From the IMG/VR virus record IMGVR_UViG_3300036761_001580, positions 5,198 through 69,197 of that record: a DNA stretch of 64,000 bases, one strand, 5' to 3'. The position numbers and the translations under genes were made by a program. Origin of the DNA: a virus. The notes below the pieces were generated by a model that saw nothing but the letters and a program-made list of their open reading frames with translations, had not been told where the DNA came from and did no database searches. The stretch's first letter is position 1, and every line of letters begins with the position of its first letter. Positions 26,936 to 35,827 of the stretch are shown here, piece after piece.

Positions 26936-28744
26936 CTACGGGATGGGACCGATTGCCGCTGCGATCCTGTCGAGAGCAGCCGCCACGGTCGCGGGAACGG
27001 GCCCCACCCAGTTGCCGGGGACCGCGGGAATGTACGGAACGCCCTGAGCTGGAACGTACCTGCGCGCGGGTCCGAGCGTGGCAAGGTTCGAGCCCGGGAG
27101 AACGTAGCCGTTCAGGATGGAGTAGTCGGTCGTGTTCCCGAAGCACGAGTTCCCGGACAGCTCGCAAATGGAGCCCGCCTCAGCGTAGATGCCTCGGTTG
27201 CAGAGGGTGCAGATGTTCCCGACCGCCAGGACCCGGGCAATGGCCGGCGCGACACCGCCGTCGATGGAGATGCCTTCATCGGTGCACTCGACGCAGCGGT
27301 TGTTGAGCACGACCACGTCGCAGTCGTCGTCACAGTCGATGCCCTCGATGCACTTGTAGGCGTCGTTTTCGATGACGTACCCTGTGTTCCGGACAGCGAC
27401 CGGGAGCCCAATGGAGTCGATCTTGAGCCCCTCGCCGTTCCCAGTGAACGACTGGATCCGATTCCCTTCCACCCGGAAGTTCGTGCAGTTCTGGAGCATG
27501 AACCCCCGGGAGTTCAGAGCCGCACCATCCACGTAGCAGCCGTAGAAGATCGGTTTGTTGAACCCTCGCAAAAGGAGTGCCGCGCCCTCGGTGCCGTCCT
27601 TGCACGCCTTGTAGAACGAGCAGGAGACGAACGAGATGCCGTCCGACATCTCGGCTGGCTGTGGCGGCTTATCGTAGCTGTCGGGGCCGACGCTCCGATG
27701 GAAGGACATGAGCACCGCAGAGCCGGCGGTGACCTCCTCGAAGTGCAGGTTGTGGAAGATGAGATCCTGGCACTTGGAGCCCTGATCACGGAACGTGATC
27801 CCTGCGCCCTGGGCGTTGTTGTCGTCGGTCGTGTAGGCCGTGAACCCGAACCCGCTGACGATGTGATCGTGTGCCCCATCCACGATCTTGATGCACTTCG
27901 TCCCCGTCAAGAGGGGTCCGTAGCCGATACCTGCGCGGATGGTGAGCACCATGGTCGACGGCAGGGTGATCGGGCTGTAGGTCGCGTTCGTCCGGACCTC
28001 GATCACGTCTCCGTCCGCCGCGGCGGCGATGGCCGTCTGGAGGTCACCGGCCCCCACCCCGGACACGATCACGGTCGCTGGAGCCGCGAGCGCTGCATCG
28101 ATCTTCCCCAGGACCACCGAGAGGTCTGGCAGGGTGGCGGGGGGCACCACGAACTCCAACCCGCCTTCAGCTGCGTTGACTCGAACCAGCTTCAAGGACT
28201 GACCCACGTAGGTACCCGGGACATCCGAGAGGTCCGTGAAGGCCCCCGCGCCGCCGCCCCCGACCCCGAACTCCAAGCCGTTCTCTGCCGCCTTGACCTT
28301 GACGAACTTCCCGCCTTGGAGGGCGTAGGCGGCTGGGACATCGGTGAGGTCTGTGAACGCAGCAGCTCCACCGCCCCCGACCCCGAACTCCAAGCCGGTC
28401 GCGGTCGGGTTGACCTTGACGACCTTCCCCGCCTGCCCAACGTAGGACTGCGGGACGTCGGTCAGCTTGGTGAACTGTCCACCACCCACGATCTCCGAGG
28501 TGTCCCTCTCCGCCAGGGACCTCACCACGTCCGCGGCCAGGACGTCTCCATCCATCGTGACGATGGCCTTGCTGGACTCTACGAAGTTCGCCAGGTTGTA
28601 CAGGAACTCGGAGTCCTCCTGAACTTCGTGCAGGAGCACCGAGTCTGGATGGAGGGGATCCACCTTTACCCGGACGTGAAGTCCTTCGATGGAAAGGTGC
28701 GCACTGCCCACGACAGTGATGATGAGGGTCTTGATCGTCGTCAT
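26936..28744 (-). CDS. Tailspike with right-handed beta-helix (pectate-lyase-like) domain
   Basis: 602-aa. N-terminal FT(D/K)L(T/S)DVP..Y.GQ.GK.V.V....GLEF repeats (x3), then NNRCVECTDEGISIDGG / GNRIQSFTGNGEGLKID beta-helix-like repeats. Confidence 0.55.
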   Translation of the reverse strand: MTTIKTLIITVVGSAHLSIEGLHVRVKVDPLHPDSVLLHEVQEDSEFLYNLANFVESSKAIVTMDGDVLAADVVRSLAERDTSEIVGGGQFTKLTDVPQSYVGQAGKVVKVNPTATGLEFGVGGGGAAAFTDLTDVPAAYALQGGKFVKVKAAENGLEFGVGGGGAGAFTDLSDVPGTYVGQSLKLVRVNAAEGGLEFVVPPATLPDLSVVLGKIDAALAAPATVIVSGVGAGDLQTAIAAAADGDVIEVRTNATYSPITLPSTMVLTIRAGIGYGPLLTGTKCIKIVDGAHDHIVSGFGFTAYTTDDNNAQGAGITFRDQGSKCQDLIFHNLHFEEVTAGSAVLMSFHRSVGPDSYDKPPQPAEMSDGISFVSCSFYKACKDGTEGAALLLRGFNKPIFYGCYVDGAALNSRGFMLQNCTNFRVEGNRIQSFTGNGEGLKIDSIGLPVAVRNTGYVIENDAYKCIEGIDCDDDCDVVVLNNRCVECTDEGISIDGGVAPAIARVLAVGNICTLCNRGIYAEAGSICELSGNSCFGNTTDYSILNGYVLPGSNLATLGPARRYVPAQGVPYIPAVPGNWVGPVPATVAAALDRIAAAIGPIP

Positions 28745-28768
28745 CGGTGCCTCCTTTTGGCACCAAGC

Positions 28769-28802
28769 AGTGTACCATGCAGTCTTGGAAGGGTTTTAAA
28801 GC
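28769..28802 (-). promoter_or_regulatory. Late-type promoter motif (weaker variant)
   Basis: Minus reading cgagcTTTAAAACCCttccaagactgcatgGTACACtg. Confidence 0.35.
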
Positions 28803-29386
28803 TCGTGACGTCGTTGACGTTCTATGAAGACTGTAGGTGCCAGCCACTCCCGATCTTCCAGGCTCAGAACCTGAGGAAAGGCCTCGATCACCGTAGGGTT
28901 GTGGACCGCGCAGAGGATCTGGGCACCCAACGCTTCCAGCTTCAGGAGGACCCCGATCACCCGGTAGCAGCTGCGGATGCTCAGCCCGATGTCGGGCTCG
29001 TCGAGCAGGACCAGCGGGGTCAGATCAGGGTGCTTCCGCAGCTGCCCCTGCACGGCCGGCAGGAGCCCCGAGAGGATGCTCTTCACGGACTCCCCATGGG
29101 AGCCCCAGGCCGCCTTCATCTGGTAGGACAGGTCACCTTCGGACGACATGGAGCGCATCCGCGGGTTGTCCCGCTCGAAGTCGAAGGCGAACACCTTCGC
29201 ACCCCGCTGCCCCAGCACGACCTCGACGACAGGGTTCTTTCGATCCGAGAGCCGGATCGCGTTCATCAAGGAGCTTTTCCCGCAGCCCTGATCGCCGACG
29301 AGCAGGTTCACCCCGGGGCGGAACTCGAAGGTATCGCCCGGTTCGAAGCAACAGAACTTCTGGAGGAACCGGACTGAGGTGAGCAT
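28796..29386 (-). CDS. Small ABC-type (AAA_21-like) ATPase
   Basis: Walker A GDQGCGKSSL, signature-like LSGL, Walker B LVLLDEPDIGLS, H-loop CAVHNP, all in a 196-aa protein. Confidence 0.55.
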   Translation of the reverse strand: MLTSVRFLQKFCCFEPGDTFEFRPGVNLLVGDQGCGKSSLMNAIRLSDRKNPVVEVVLGQRGAKVFAFDFERDNPRMRSMSSEGDLSYQMKAAWGSHGESVKSILSGLLPAVQGQLRKHPDLTPLVLLDEPDIGLSIRSCYRVIGVLLKLEALGAQILCAVHNPTVIEAFPQVLSLEDREWLAPTVFIERQRRHEL

Positions 29387-29908
29387 CTAGTAGTCACCAG
29401 AGAGGATTTTGTCCACGACGTTCACGATGTGAAGGGCCCCTGCTTGAGGGGTAGTGCACTTCTTTAAGTCGGCCAAGATGTTGTCCGGAAAGTCTCGAAT
29501 GAACTCGTCCAGCTTCTTCAATTTAATGAAGTTGTTGAGCTTCTTTAGAACGAGGGCCTCAGGTACTATTTGATGCGCTACAGGTAGAATCTCTGAAGCC
29601 GCTGCGCTCAGGGTGTATCCACGAGCTTGAGCTTTGCCGGTGTGTCTCAACCAGCCCTTGCGATACAAGGCTTTCAGATGGTCAACCACTCCGTTCAAAG
29701 ATGCGATCCCTGCGGCTCTTCCGATCTCCCGAAGAGTAGGTGGTATGCCTTCTTGAACAATGTGGTTGGTAATGATGTCGAGAATCACCTTTTGCCTATC
29801 CGTCAACCTTTCCAGATTTGACTTCTTCTCCTCCATGAGCTTCTCCAATTGATCTTTTTTTCTGGACTTCCTCTTTGGCATATGTCCCTCCCGGTCTTCG
29901 TTCTGCAA
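29387..29908 (-). CDS. LexA-like winged-HTH DNA-binding protein (no S24 peptidase domain)
   Basis: LTDRQKVILDIITNHIVQEGIPPTLREIGRAAGIASLNGVVDHLKALYRKGWL closely resembles the LexA N-terminal DNA-binding domain. Gene is markedly AT-richer than its surroundings. Confidence 0.55.
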   Translation of the reverse strand: MQNEDREGHMPKRKSRKKDQLEKLMEEKKSNLERLTDRQKVILDIITNHIVQEGIPPTLREIGRAAGIASLNGVVDHLKALYRKGWLRHTGKAQARGYTLSAAASEILPVAHQIVPEALVLKKLNNFIKLKKLDEFIRDFPDNILADLKKCTTPQAGALHIVNVVDKILSGDY

Positions 29909-30359
29909 CCCACGCGGCCCACTCCGCCCGCGACTTCTTCAGCGCGGCGGATTTTTTGATCTTGGTATCGAAAGCGGTGACCACTTTTCGAGCCTCAGAG
30001 AGCGACTGCCGGAACTCTTGCGTCTGCTGGAGCAGGTCCCTCACAGCGTCATTATAGAGCCGCGGGGGCAGCATGTAGTTTATGGGTGCATCGTCCTTCC
30101 AGATCCTCCACCCGAACTTGTCCATGATGGGGTTCTTCTTGCTCGGCGCGGCCCAGAGCTTCGAAGGTGTCTTCTCGGTCCTGACGAACTGGATCTGGGC
30201 CCCTCGCAGCGTGTACAGGTACGTCAGCTTGTCTCCGTCTGGACAGACGAGCATGGCGACGTCGAAGGGGTTGTCGTCATCGTCTGCGTACCACCAGACG
30301 CCCTGCATGTAGATCGAGAGCTTGTACAGCTCCCCGATGGAGACTTCTTCTTCGGCCAT
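29796..30359 (-). CDS. Hypothetical protein
   Basis: 187-aa. 3' end overlaps the LexA-like gene start region. Confidence 0.35.
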   Translation of the reverse strand: MAEEEVSIGELYKLSIYMQGVWWYADDDDNPFDVAMLVCPDGDKLTYLYTLRGAQIQFVRTEKTPSKLWAAPSKKNPIMDKFGWRIWKDDAPINYMLPPRLYNDAVRDLLQQTQEFRQSLSEARKVVTAFDTKIKKSAALKKSRAEWAAWVAERRPGGTYAKEEVQKKRSIGEAHGGEEVKSGKVDG

Positions 30360-31081
30360 CAGATCTGCTCCAGGACTTTCTCCACGGTCTCATCGACCAG
30401 GTCGAGCTTCTCCGCTGCGACAAGGAGCAAGGTGCTCCGAAGACAATCGGTGAAGACCTCCCGGATCTCCCGGGTTGCGTCCACCCGGCGGACAGTGCTG
30501 TGCTGTGGACGCACAGTGCGGGCGCTCCAGACCTCGTACAGGTCGACGACCTTCCTTTGGATCTCCGCCTTCTCGTAGATCTCCTCGTTAGCTCGCGATG
30601 TTCTTCGGAGGGCCAGCGTGCCGACGTCGAGCACTCGGAGGTAGAGCCAGAGGTGGGGCTCCAGGAAGTTCGGTTGGCTCTTCATCTCTTTCAGGAGAGA
30701 GAAGAGCCTGTCGAGCTGCTCGTTGTGCGAAGGCGCGCTGGTGCTCTGGTAGACGAGCGTGCTCGCGTAGTACCGGTCGCAGATGACGTGAGTCCCCTGC
30801 GCGAGAGCGGGCGCGACGATGGTCTTGACGTGCCAGATCCGGTCGGCCATGAAGAGGTATGACAGCTCCCTCCAGCCCCACTGACCGGGACGTTCTCCGA
30901 GGTGCCCATGTTTCCCAGAGAGGACCTCCCGCAGGAACCTTCCGATGGGGGTGTTCGAAGGCTCGAAAGTCTGAAGCGCCGGGATGCCAAGCGCACAGAG
31001 CGCGTCCAGCAGGAGCTTTGACTGCGTCGTCGTTCCGGCACCGTCCGCGCCCTCGAAGACGATGAACTTCCCGAGCGTCAT
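30359..31081 (-). CDS. tmk: Thymidylate kinase
   Basis: P-loop FIVFEGADGAGTTTQ plus DRYYASTLVYQ (the DRY motif of dTMP kinases). Confidence 0.7.
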   Translation of the reverse strand: MTLGKFIVFEGADGAGTTTQSKLLLDALCALGIPALQTFEPSNTPIGRFLREVLSGKHGHLGERPGQWGWRELSYLFMADRIWHVKTIVAPALAQGTHVICDRYYASTLVYQSTSAPSHNEQLDRLFSLLKEMKSQPNFLEPHLWLYLRVLDVGTLALRRTSRANEEIYEKAEIQRKVVDLYEVWSARTVRPQHSTVRRVDATREIREVFTDCLRSTLLLVAAEKLDLVDETVEKVLEQI

Positions 31082-31365
31082 TTCGGCTCCGCTCCTTCTA
31101 CCGCGGCCGGTACTTCCGGGATGTCGAACTCGTCGAGTACGAGTGTGGAGAGGGCCTCACCCTCCAGGACGTGTTTCATGATCTTGTAGATGTTCTTCTC
31201 CGAGAGGAAGATGGTGCGCGACTTGTACGTCGTCAGAAGCACGCCGTCACCCGTGGAAGGGCATTCACAAAACCCCCCGCTCTCGGGCATCATGGAGACG
31301 CTGTCGCCTTCGAGGATCTTTTTCAGATGCAGGACGTGTCGACTACTCTTCTCTGCTACCGACAT
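31078..31365 (-). CDS. Hypothetical protein
   Basis: 95-aa ORF, ATGA overlap with tmk. Confidence 0.3.
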   Translation of the reverse strand: MSVAEKSSRHVLHLKKILEGDSVSMMPESGGFCECPSTGDGVLLTTYKSRTIFLSEKNIYKIMKHVLEGEALSTLVLDEFDIPEVPAAVEGAEPK

Positions 31366-31684
31366 GGGGTTCCTCCTTGTTTTCTGGGGGTTGGAACATC
31401 GCCCAGCCGAGCGCCTGGTGCGCCAACAGCGAGCGCTCCACCATGCCCGCTTCGTAGAAAGCCTCTGACTTGATACGCACGAGCAAGGACTTGTTTACGA
31501 GATCGTACACGGTCCCGTCGATCAACATGGTCATGTGTGCGTCTTGAAGGGCTAGTCCGTCCGGGGGGATGCCAGGGAGATCCACCTTCTTGCAGATCCT
31601 GTGGGTCTCCAAGATGGCTGGAGCAGCGTTCTCGAATGTAGTTTTTCTCATCAAGCGCAGGTCTTTCACCAGCAGAGCATCCAT
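31343..31684 (-). CDS. Hypothetical protein
   Basis: 113-aa ORF. Confidence 0.3.
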   Translation of the reverse strand: MDALLVKDLRLMRKTTFENAAPAILETHRICKKVDLPGIPPDGLALQDAHMTMLIDGTVYDLVNKSLLVRIKSEAFYEAGMVERSLLAHQALGWAMFQPPENKEEPHVGSREE

Positions 31685-31762
31685 CTCGGGCCTCCTGTTT
31701 TTCGAGATACGCGAGCAGATCCTTCACGTCGAGGTCTCTAAGCCGCCTCGCAGGCCTACCAA

Positions 31763-32548
31763 CTACGCAAGCAAGTCTTTCACGAATGCGACTTCCTCGT
31801 CCCACGCGCAGAGCACGTAGAAGAAGTCGCCGAAGGGCGACTTCGCCAGGAGGATGGGATCGCCCTTCCGAGTCTTGAACATGCTCGTCGGGGCGATGAT
31901 GGAGAGCACCACCGGAGGGGTGATCTTGGGCTCGTGGGAGAACGCCGCCTCGTGCACCTTCCGGTAGGCGGTGATCTCGTCCACGGCTTCCTGGGGAAGC
32001 TCGGGGATGAAGTCCTCGGTGCCCTGGTGCGAGAGCTTGTACTTCTTGCACAGATCGTTGATCTTCTCCTGCGTCGTGGTCTTCCAGGGAATCCACTCCG
32101 CGAGCTTCGGGTAGTTCTTCCGCGCCTCCAAGATGCTGATCGCGTGCCGGATGTCCGGAGGGATGGGCTGCCGGATCGTCGTCTTGTACAGCTCGGCGCG
32201 CTCGTAGAGCAGGCCCAGCTTCCGTTCGAGGTCTTCCAGGTTGATGTCCACCGGCTGCTCGAACTCCTGGACGATGTCCTTGGGTGTCACCTCGACGCGC
32301 TGGTCTGAGGATTCGGGATCCCCGACCGGAGTGCCGGAGTCCATGATGCCGCCAGTGTTCAAGAAGAGAATTGGCCCGCTCGTTATCGACGAGGTGCTGT
32401 TGGAGACGGTGACGTTCGTTGGTGCGATCCACCGGGAGGTCGGGGTGATGCCCATCGAAACGAACTTCTCCAGGTCCTTCAGGATCTCGTCTCGAACCGT
32501 CGGCTTCTTCTTCCAGAAGCACAGAGCATCGATGAACTTCTTGAACAT
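31763..32548 (-). CDS. Hypothetical protein
   Basis: 261-aa ORF. Confidence 0.4.
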   Translation of the reverse strand: MFKKFIDALCFWKKKPTVRDEILKDLEKFVSMGITPTSRWIAPTNVTVSNSTSSITSGPILFLNTGGIMDSGTPVGDPESSDQRVEVTPKDIVQEFEQPVDINLEDLERKLGLLYERAELYKTTIRQPIPPDIRHAISILEARKNYPKLAEWIPWKTTTQEKINDLCKKYKLSHQGTEDFIPELPQEAVDEITAYRKVHEAAFSHEPKITPPVVLSIIAPTSMFKTRKGDPILLAKSPFGDFFYVLCAWDEEVAFVKDLLA

Positions 32549-32550
32549 GA

Positions 32551-32745
32551 CTACTCCTTCTCGGTCGCGCAGTTCATCACGACCGCTTTGTCCAACATCT
32601 CTATCCGGACTACGAGTTTTTTACCCATCGAAGCTGCACGGATCTGTTCGAAAAGATAGAAGGGGGCCGAGTCCTCGATACCCTCCAGCTCGGACCGCAG
32701 GTCGCCTACCGTCTCGATGTCTCGATTTTCCACGCTACTCCTCAC
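32551..32745 (-). CDS. Hypothetical small protein
   Basis: 64-aa ORF. Confidence 0.25.
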   Translation of the reverse strand: MRSSVENRDIETVGDLRSELEGIEDSAPFYLFEQIRAASMGKKLVVRIEMLDKAVVMNCATEKE

Positions 32746-33250
32746 CCAGCCAGCGCCGGCCGTTCTTCTTCACGAACTCTTTGATCTTGGGGTTCTGGTA
32801 AGGATCGTAGAAACACGTCATCACCTGGCTGGAGTCCACAATCCACTGGAGCCAGTCCTCGCCTTCCTGGGGCCATTCCTTCCGGTGATGCGACTCCACG
32901 GAGTGCGGCAACGTCGTTGCACGGAGCAGGAACAGGTACTCGTGGTCGAGCATCCAGTCCTTCGATTTCAGGGCTATACAAGTGTACAGGTGGAACCCGC
33001 GGAACTTGAGCGCCAGAGCTACCCTCCACGGGAGGCCCAGCAGCTCGGGGTGCTTGTACTCGGGGTTCGCAGAGTTCTCGACCAGCCTGTAGGCGTCCTT
33101 GGCGCGGATCCAAATTCGGCAGAGTTGGTGCATCCAGGGCTTCAGCATCTCGATGGCCTGCACCACGCTCGGGGCGTAGGCATCGGGATCGGAGCCCTCG
33201 ACGAACTCGGGGAGCTGCGTGACCACGGTATCGATGAGATGTGGGGCCAC
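32735..33250 (-). CDS. Hypothetical protein
   Basis: 171-aa ORF. Confidence 0.35.
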   Translation of the reverse strand: MAPHLIDTVVTQLPEFVEGSDPDAYAPSVVQAIEMLKPWMHQLCRIWIRAKDAYRLVENSANPEYKHPELLGLPWRVALALKFRGFHLYTCIALKSKDWMLDHEYLFLLRATTLPHSVESHHRKEWPQEGEDWLQWIVDSSQVMTCFYDPYQNPKIKEFVKKNGRRWLGEE

Positions 33251-33252
33251 GT

Positions 33253-33537
33253 TCAGTCGCCCTCGTCCAGGTCCGCCAGGTCTTCGTAGACGTCCCGAGA
33301 GGCAGGAGCCTGTGGGCCTCTGCGCCGCTTGTTCGCGGGGATGGAAGGTGCACTCGCCGCGGCCTCTTCCATGATGTCCTGGAAGCGCTCATGGATGGTC
33401 TTCAGCTCTTCGAGAGCCTGGTCGAGCCTCTCTTGCAGGATTGCGCGCTCGTCCAGTGCTGAACAAAGGGGGCAGTCGATTCCGACTTCCCACTCGATGG
33501 TGATACCGTCCTTCGCGTGCTTGAAGCAGTTGGGCAT
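33253..33537 (-). CDS. Small zinc-ribbon protein
   Basis: Start moved to MPNCF (GGAGGGacggATG) because the ORF-track Met overlaps the -10 of promoter 33564-33592. CPLC motif. Confidence 0.4.
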   Translation of the reverse strand: MPNCFKHAKDGITIEWEVGIDCPLCSALDERAILQERLDQALEELKTIHERFQDIMEEAAASAPSIPANKRRRGPQAPASRDVYEDLADLDEGD

Positions 33538-33563
33538 CCGTCCCTCCACTGTGTGACTGAGCA

Positions 33564-33592
33564 TATATAGGTCAGCTTGGATGGGTTGTCAA
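33564..33592 (-). promoter_or_regulatory. Sigma70-like promoter TTGACA-N17-TATATA
   Basis: Minus reading atcTTGACAacccatccaagctgaccTATATAtgc. Confidence 0.5.
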
Positions 33593-33651
33593 GATACCTG
33601 AACAAACTTTTTTTGTGGAGCTTGGGAGGCCTGTCTTATATACTCCAGACC

Positions 33652-34377
33652 ATGTTCAAGAACAAGAGGCACAACTGGGACGAGATCGCTCTGGACCCGC
33701 GGCACCCAGACAACGAGGTCGCTCGGAGGTTCCTCGACCTCGTGATGAGCCCGAGGTACCGAACGCTGAAGGACCCCGACCCCAAGATGCGCGACTGGAA
33801 CGTCTACAGGGCCGGCTGGGGGGCGTTCGCCGAGGCCCAGGTCCTGGGCAAGCTCCAGCCCCGGGAGGCGGCCCAGCACGCCCAGTGCGAACTCAGCCAG
33901 CAGTTCTGCGAGGATCTCCAGGTCGAGCTGAACAAGACCCGCGAGGAGAACGACGAGCTGAAGAGGCAGGTGGCCCAGCTCAAGAAGGAGTCCTTGAAGG
34001 GCACCTTCCAGTGCGTCTGCTGCAAGGACACCTTCACCGAGGAGGACGTCCTCCCGTTGACCTGTGAGTTCTTCCCGACCGCCATCAACATCTCCATCGA
34101 CGACGTGGTCGTCAAGGTCACGGTCGATCTTCCTCTGGACAACACCGAGCTGAAGAAGCTGGAAGGTCGGGAAGACGAGAAGCCCTACATCTGCAAGGAG
34201 TGCTTCAGTGGGATCGCGGGGACCGCGGTCTCCAGGATCATCGAGCGAATACGCAACCGCCGGCACCTGGAGATGTGGGGGCGTGTCGAAGGTATCGCAC
34301 CTACCCGCGGGAGCACGGCCTTGCAGGTCCCCGTCCCCGCCAAGAAGACCAGGTTCCCGAAGATCAAGTTCGATTAG
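33652..34377 (+). CDS. Hypothetical coiled-coil/Cys-containing protein
   Basis: Start taken at MFKNKRHN. Lone rightward gene between leftward blocks. Confidence 0.4.
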   Translation: MFKNKRHNWDEIALDPRHPDNEVARRFLDLVMSPRYRTLKDPDPKMRDWNVYRAGWGAFAEAQVLGKLQPREAAQHAQCELSQQFCEDLQVELNKTREENDELKRQVAQLKKESLKGTFQCVCCKDTFTEEDVLPLTCEFFPTAINISIDDVVVKVTVDLPLDNTELKKLEGREDEKPYICKECFSGIAGTAVSRIIERIRNRRHLEMWGRVEGIAPTRGSTALQVPVPAKKTRFPKIKFD

Positions 34378-34730
34378 TAGTGCTCGGGCAGGCGAACCTT
34401 GATCGGGGGGAGCCCGTTGTTCTTCCACGCCAGGAGGGTACCGATGATGACCTCCTCCTTGCCGGCATCAGGAAACGCCGCTCGGGACTTGACCGCCAGG
34501 CCCACGAATAGCCTTCGCACCTTGACCCTCTTCCAGGCCCACCCGAGTAAAGAAAAGAGGTACATTCCGCAGCAGCCACCGACCACAGCCGCAGTGGCCC
34601 CGAAGAGGTTCACCAGGACGATACTGAGAATCGTGAAAAGGATCCAAGGCCACGTCAGGCTGGAGGGACTATCCAGCGGAAGCTCTATCCGCGCCGCCAG
34701 CTCCTCCGCGAAGGCGTCCAGGTCAACCAT
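34374..34730 (-). CDS. Small membrane protein
   Basis: 118-aa. Two hydrophobic helices (WILFTILSIVLVNLF / CGMYLFSLLGWAW). Confidence 0.35.
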   Translation of the reverse strand: MVDLDAFAEELAARIELPLDSPSSLTWPWILFTILSIVLVNLFGATAAVVGGCCGMYLFSLLGWAWKRVKVRRLFVGLAVKSRAAFPDAGKEEVIIGTLLAWKNNGLPPIKVRLPEHY

Positions 34731-35265
34731 CGACCCGCGCCTCCCCCGTCACGATCCTCCGGATCTGCATGGAAGAGACTTTGAACTTCTTCACGAGACT
34801 CGCGTAGGGCTCACCCTCACCTCGCCGTCTCCGAATCTCGGAAACCTGCTTCGAGGTGAGCTTGACATGTGGGTGGTGCTCCCCGTGAACAGTGTTCGCT
34901 CGCAGCTCTTCCAGAGGGGGCACCTTCGTGGGGTATTGGCTCTTCCCCAGAAGAGCGGACCGGACGGTCGACACCGTACAGTCGTACTTGGCCGCCAGCT
35001 CGGTGGCCGTCGCACCCTTGCGATAGAGCTTGCGCATCTCCCCAACGATCTTCCCGTCGAGCGCCTTGTTCCCCCGGGCCTCGGAAGCGAGGCACGCCTT
35101 CATCAGCTCGGGGGCGACGTCCTTGTAGGTGATGTACCGCACGGCTTGTCGAATCGCTTCTTTTGAGAACCCGTACTTGGCCGCGAGCGCGGTCTGGGTC
35201 TCTCCGGCGATGAACGCCTTCCGAATCTTCACCACAACTGCTTCCGACTGAATCATCTGGATCAT
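34723..35265 (-). CDS. Multi-HTH DNA-binding regulator
   Basis: Three HTH-like segments (ALAAKYGFSKEAIRQAV, ELAAKYDCTVSTVRSAL, ASLVKKFKVSSMQIRRIV). Promoter at 35292-35320. Confidence 0.45.
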   Translation of the reverse strand: MIQMIQSEAVVVKIRKAFIAGETQTALAAKYGFSKEAIRQAVRYITYKDVAPELMKACLASEARGNKALDGKIVGEMRKLYRKGATATELAAKYDCTVSTVRSALLGKSQYPTKVPPLEELRANTVHGEHHPHVKLTSKQVSEIRRRRGEGEPYASLVKKFKVSSMQIRRIVTGEARVDG

Positions 35266-35291
35266 TGAACCTCCTAGCTTTCCCTGCTGGT

Positions 35292-35320
35292 AATATAGTC
35301 ATGCCTGGAGGTGAAGTCAA
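35292..35320 (-). promoter_or_regulatory. Sigma70-like promoter TTGACT-N17-TATATT
   Basis: Minus reading ggtcTTGACTtcacctccaggcatgacTATATTacc. Confidence 0.5.
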
Positions 35321-35339
35321 GACCTGGAGGGAAAGATTG

Positions 35340-35564
35340 TCATCGAGGAGTGACCATCCATATGTAGGTGCGCTGCACCTCGGCCTTGCAGGTCGCGCAG
35401 ACGAAAGACTCCGTGATGTGGTTTCGGTCCACACTGTTCGCGATGCCCATGTCCGTGTGGAACGTGCCTTTGTAGTTGAGGGTGCCGTTGCAGCGATCCT
35501 TGCCGTGATATATCGGGCAAGTGATGGGGAGCACCGGGACGTGTTCTTCCGTCATGGCTCGCAC
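35340..35564 (-). CDS. Small Cys-rich protein
   Basis: 74-aa ORF. Confidence 0.3.
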   Translation of the reverse strand: MRAMTEEHVPVLPITCPIYHGKDRCNGTLNYKGTFHTDMGIANSVDRNHITESFVCATCKAEVQRTYIWMVTPR

Positions 35565-35827
35565 TCCTTCTTGCCGTACGTCCTCCAGTACACCCGCCGG
35601 TAGAGACTCAGAAGCGCATCAAGAGGACGGTTGTCGAAAATGGTAGGTCTCTGCTGGGACCTCTTCGAGGCCGGCGACATCTTCCTGGAGATCGCCAGGG
35701 CCAAGATCCCCATGTACCCGTAGGTGACGAGGAAGTCCTCGTAGGACTTGTCCCTCCAGCCCTGCTGCTCCTTGGTCTTCCCGTAGGAGTTGATGTGGGC
35801 CAGCTCTTTCCAGGTCCAGCGTATCAT
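35552..35827 (-). CDS. Hypothetical protein
   Basis: 91-aa ORF. Confidence 0.3.
   Translation of the reverse strand: MIRWTWKELAHINSYGKTKEQQGWRDKSYEDFLVTYGYMGILALAISRKMSPASKRSQQRPTIFDNRPLDALLSLYRRVYWRTYGKKECEP

Noticed and set aside
29387-29908. Calling the LexA-like protein a full LexA/CI repressor with autocleavage
   Set aside because: No Ala-Gly cleavage site or Ser...Lys S24 peptidase motifs in the C-terminal half. Only the DNA-binding domain is supported.
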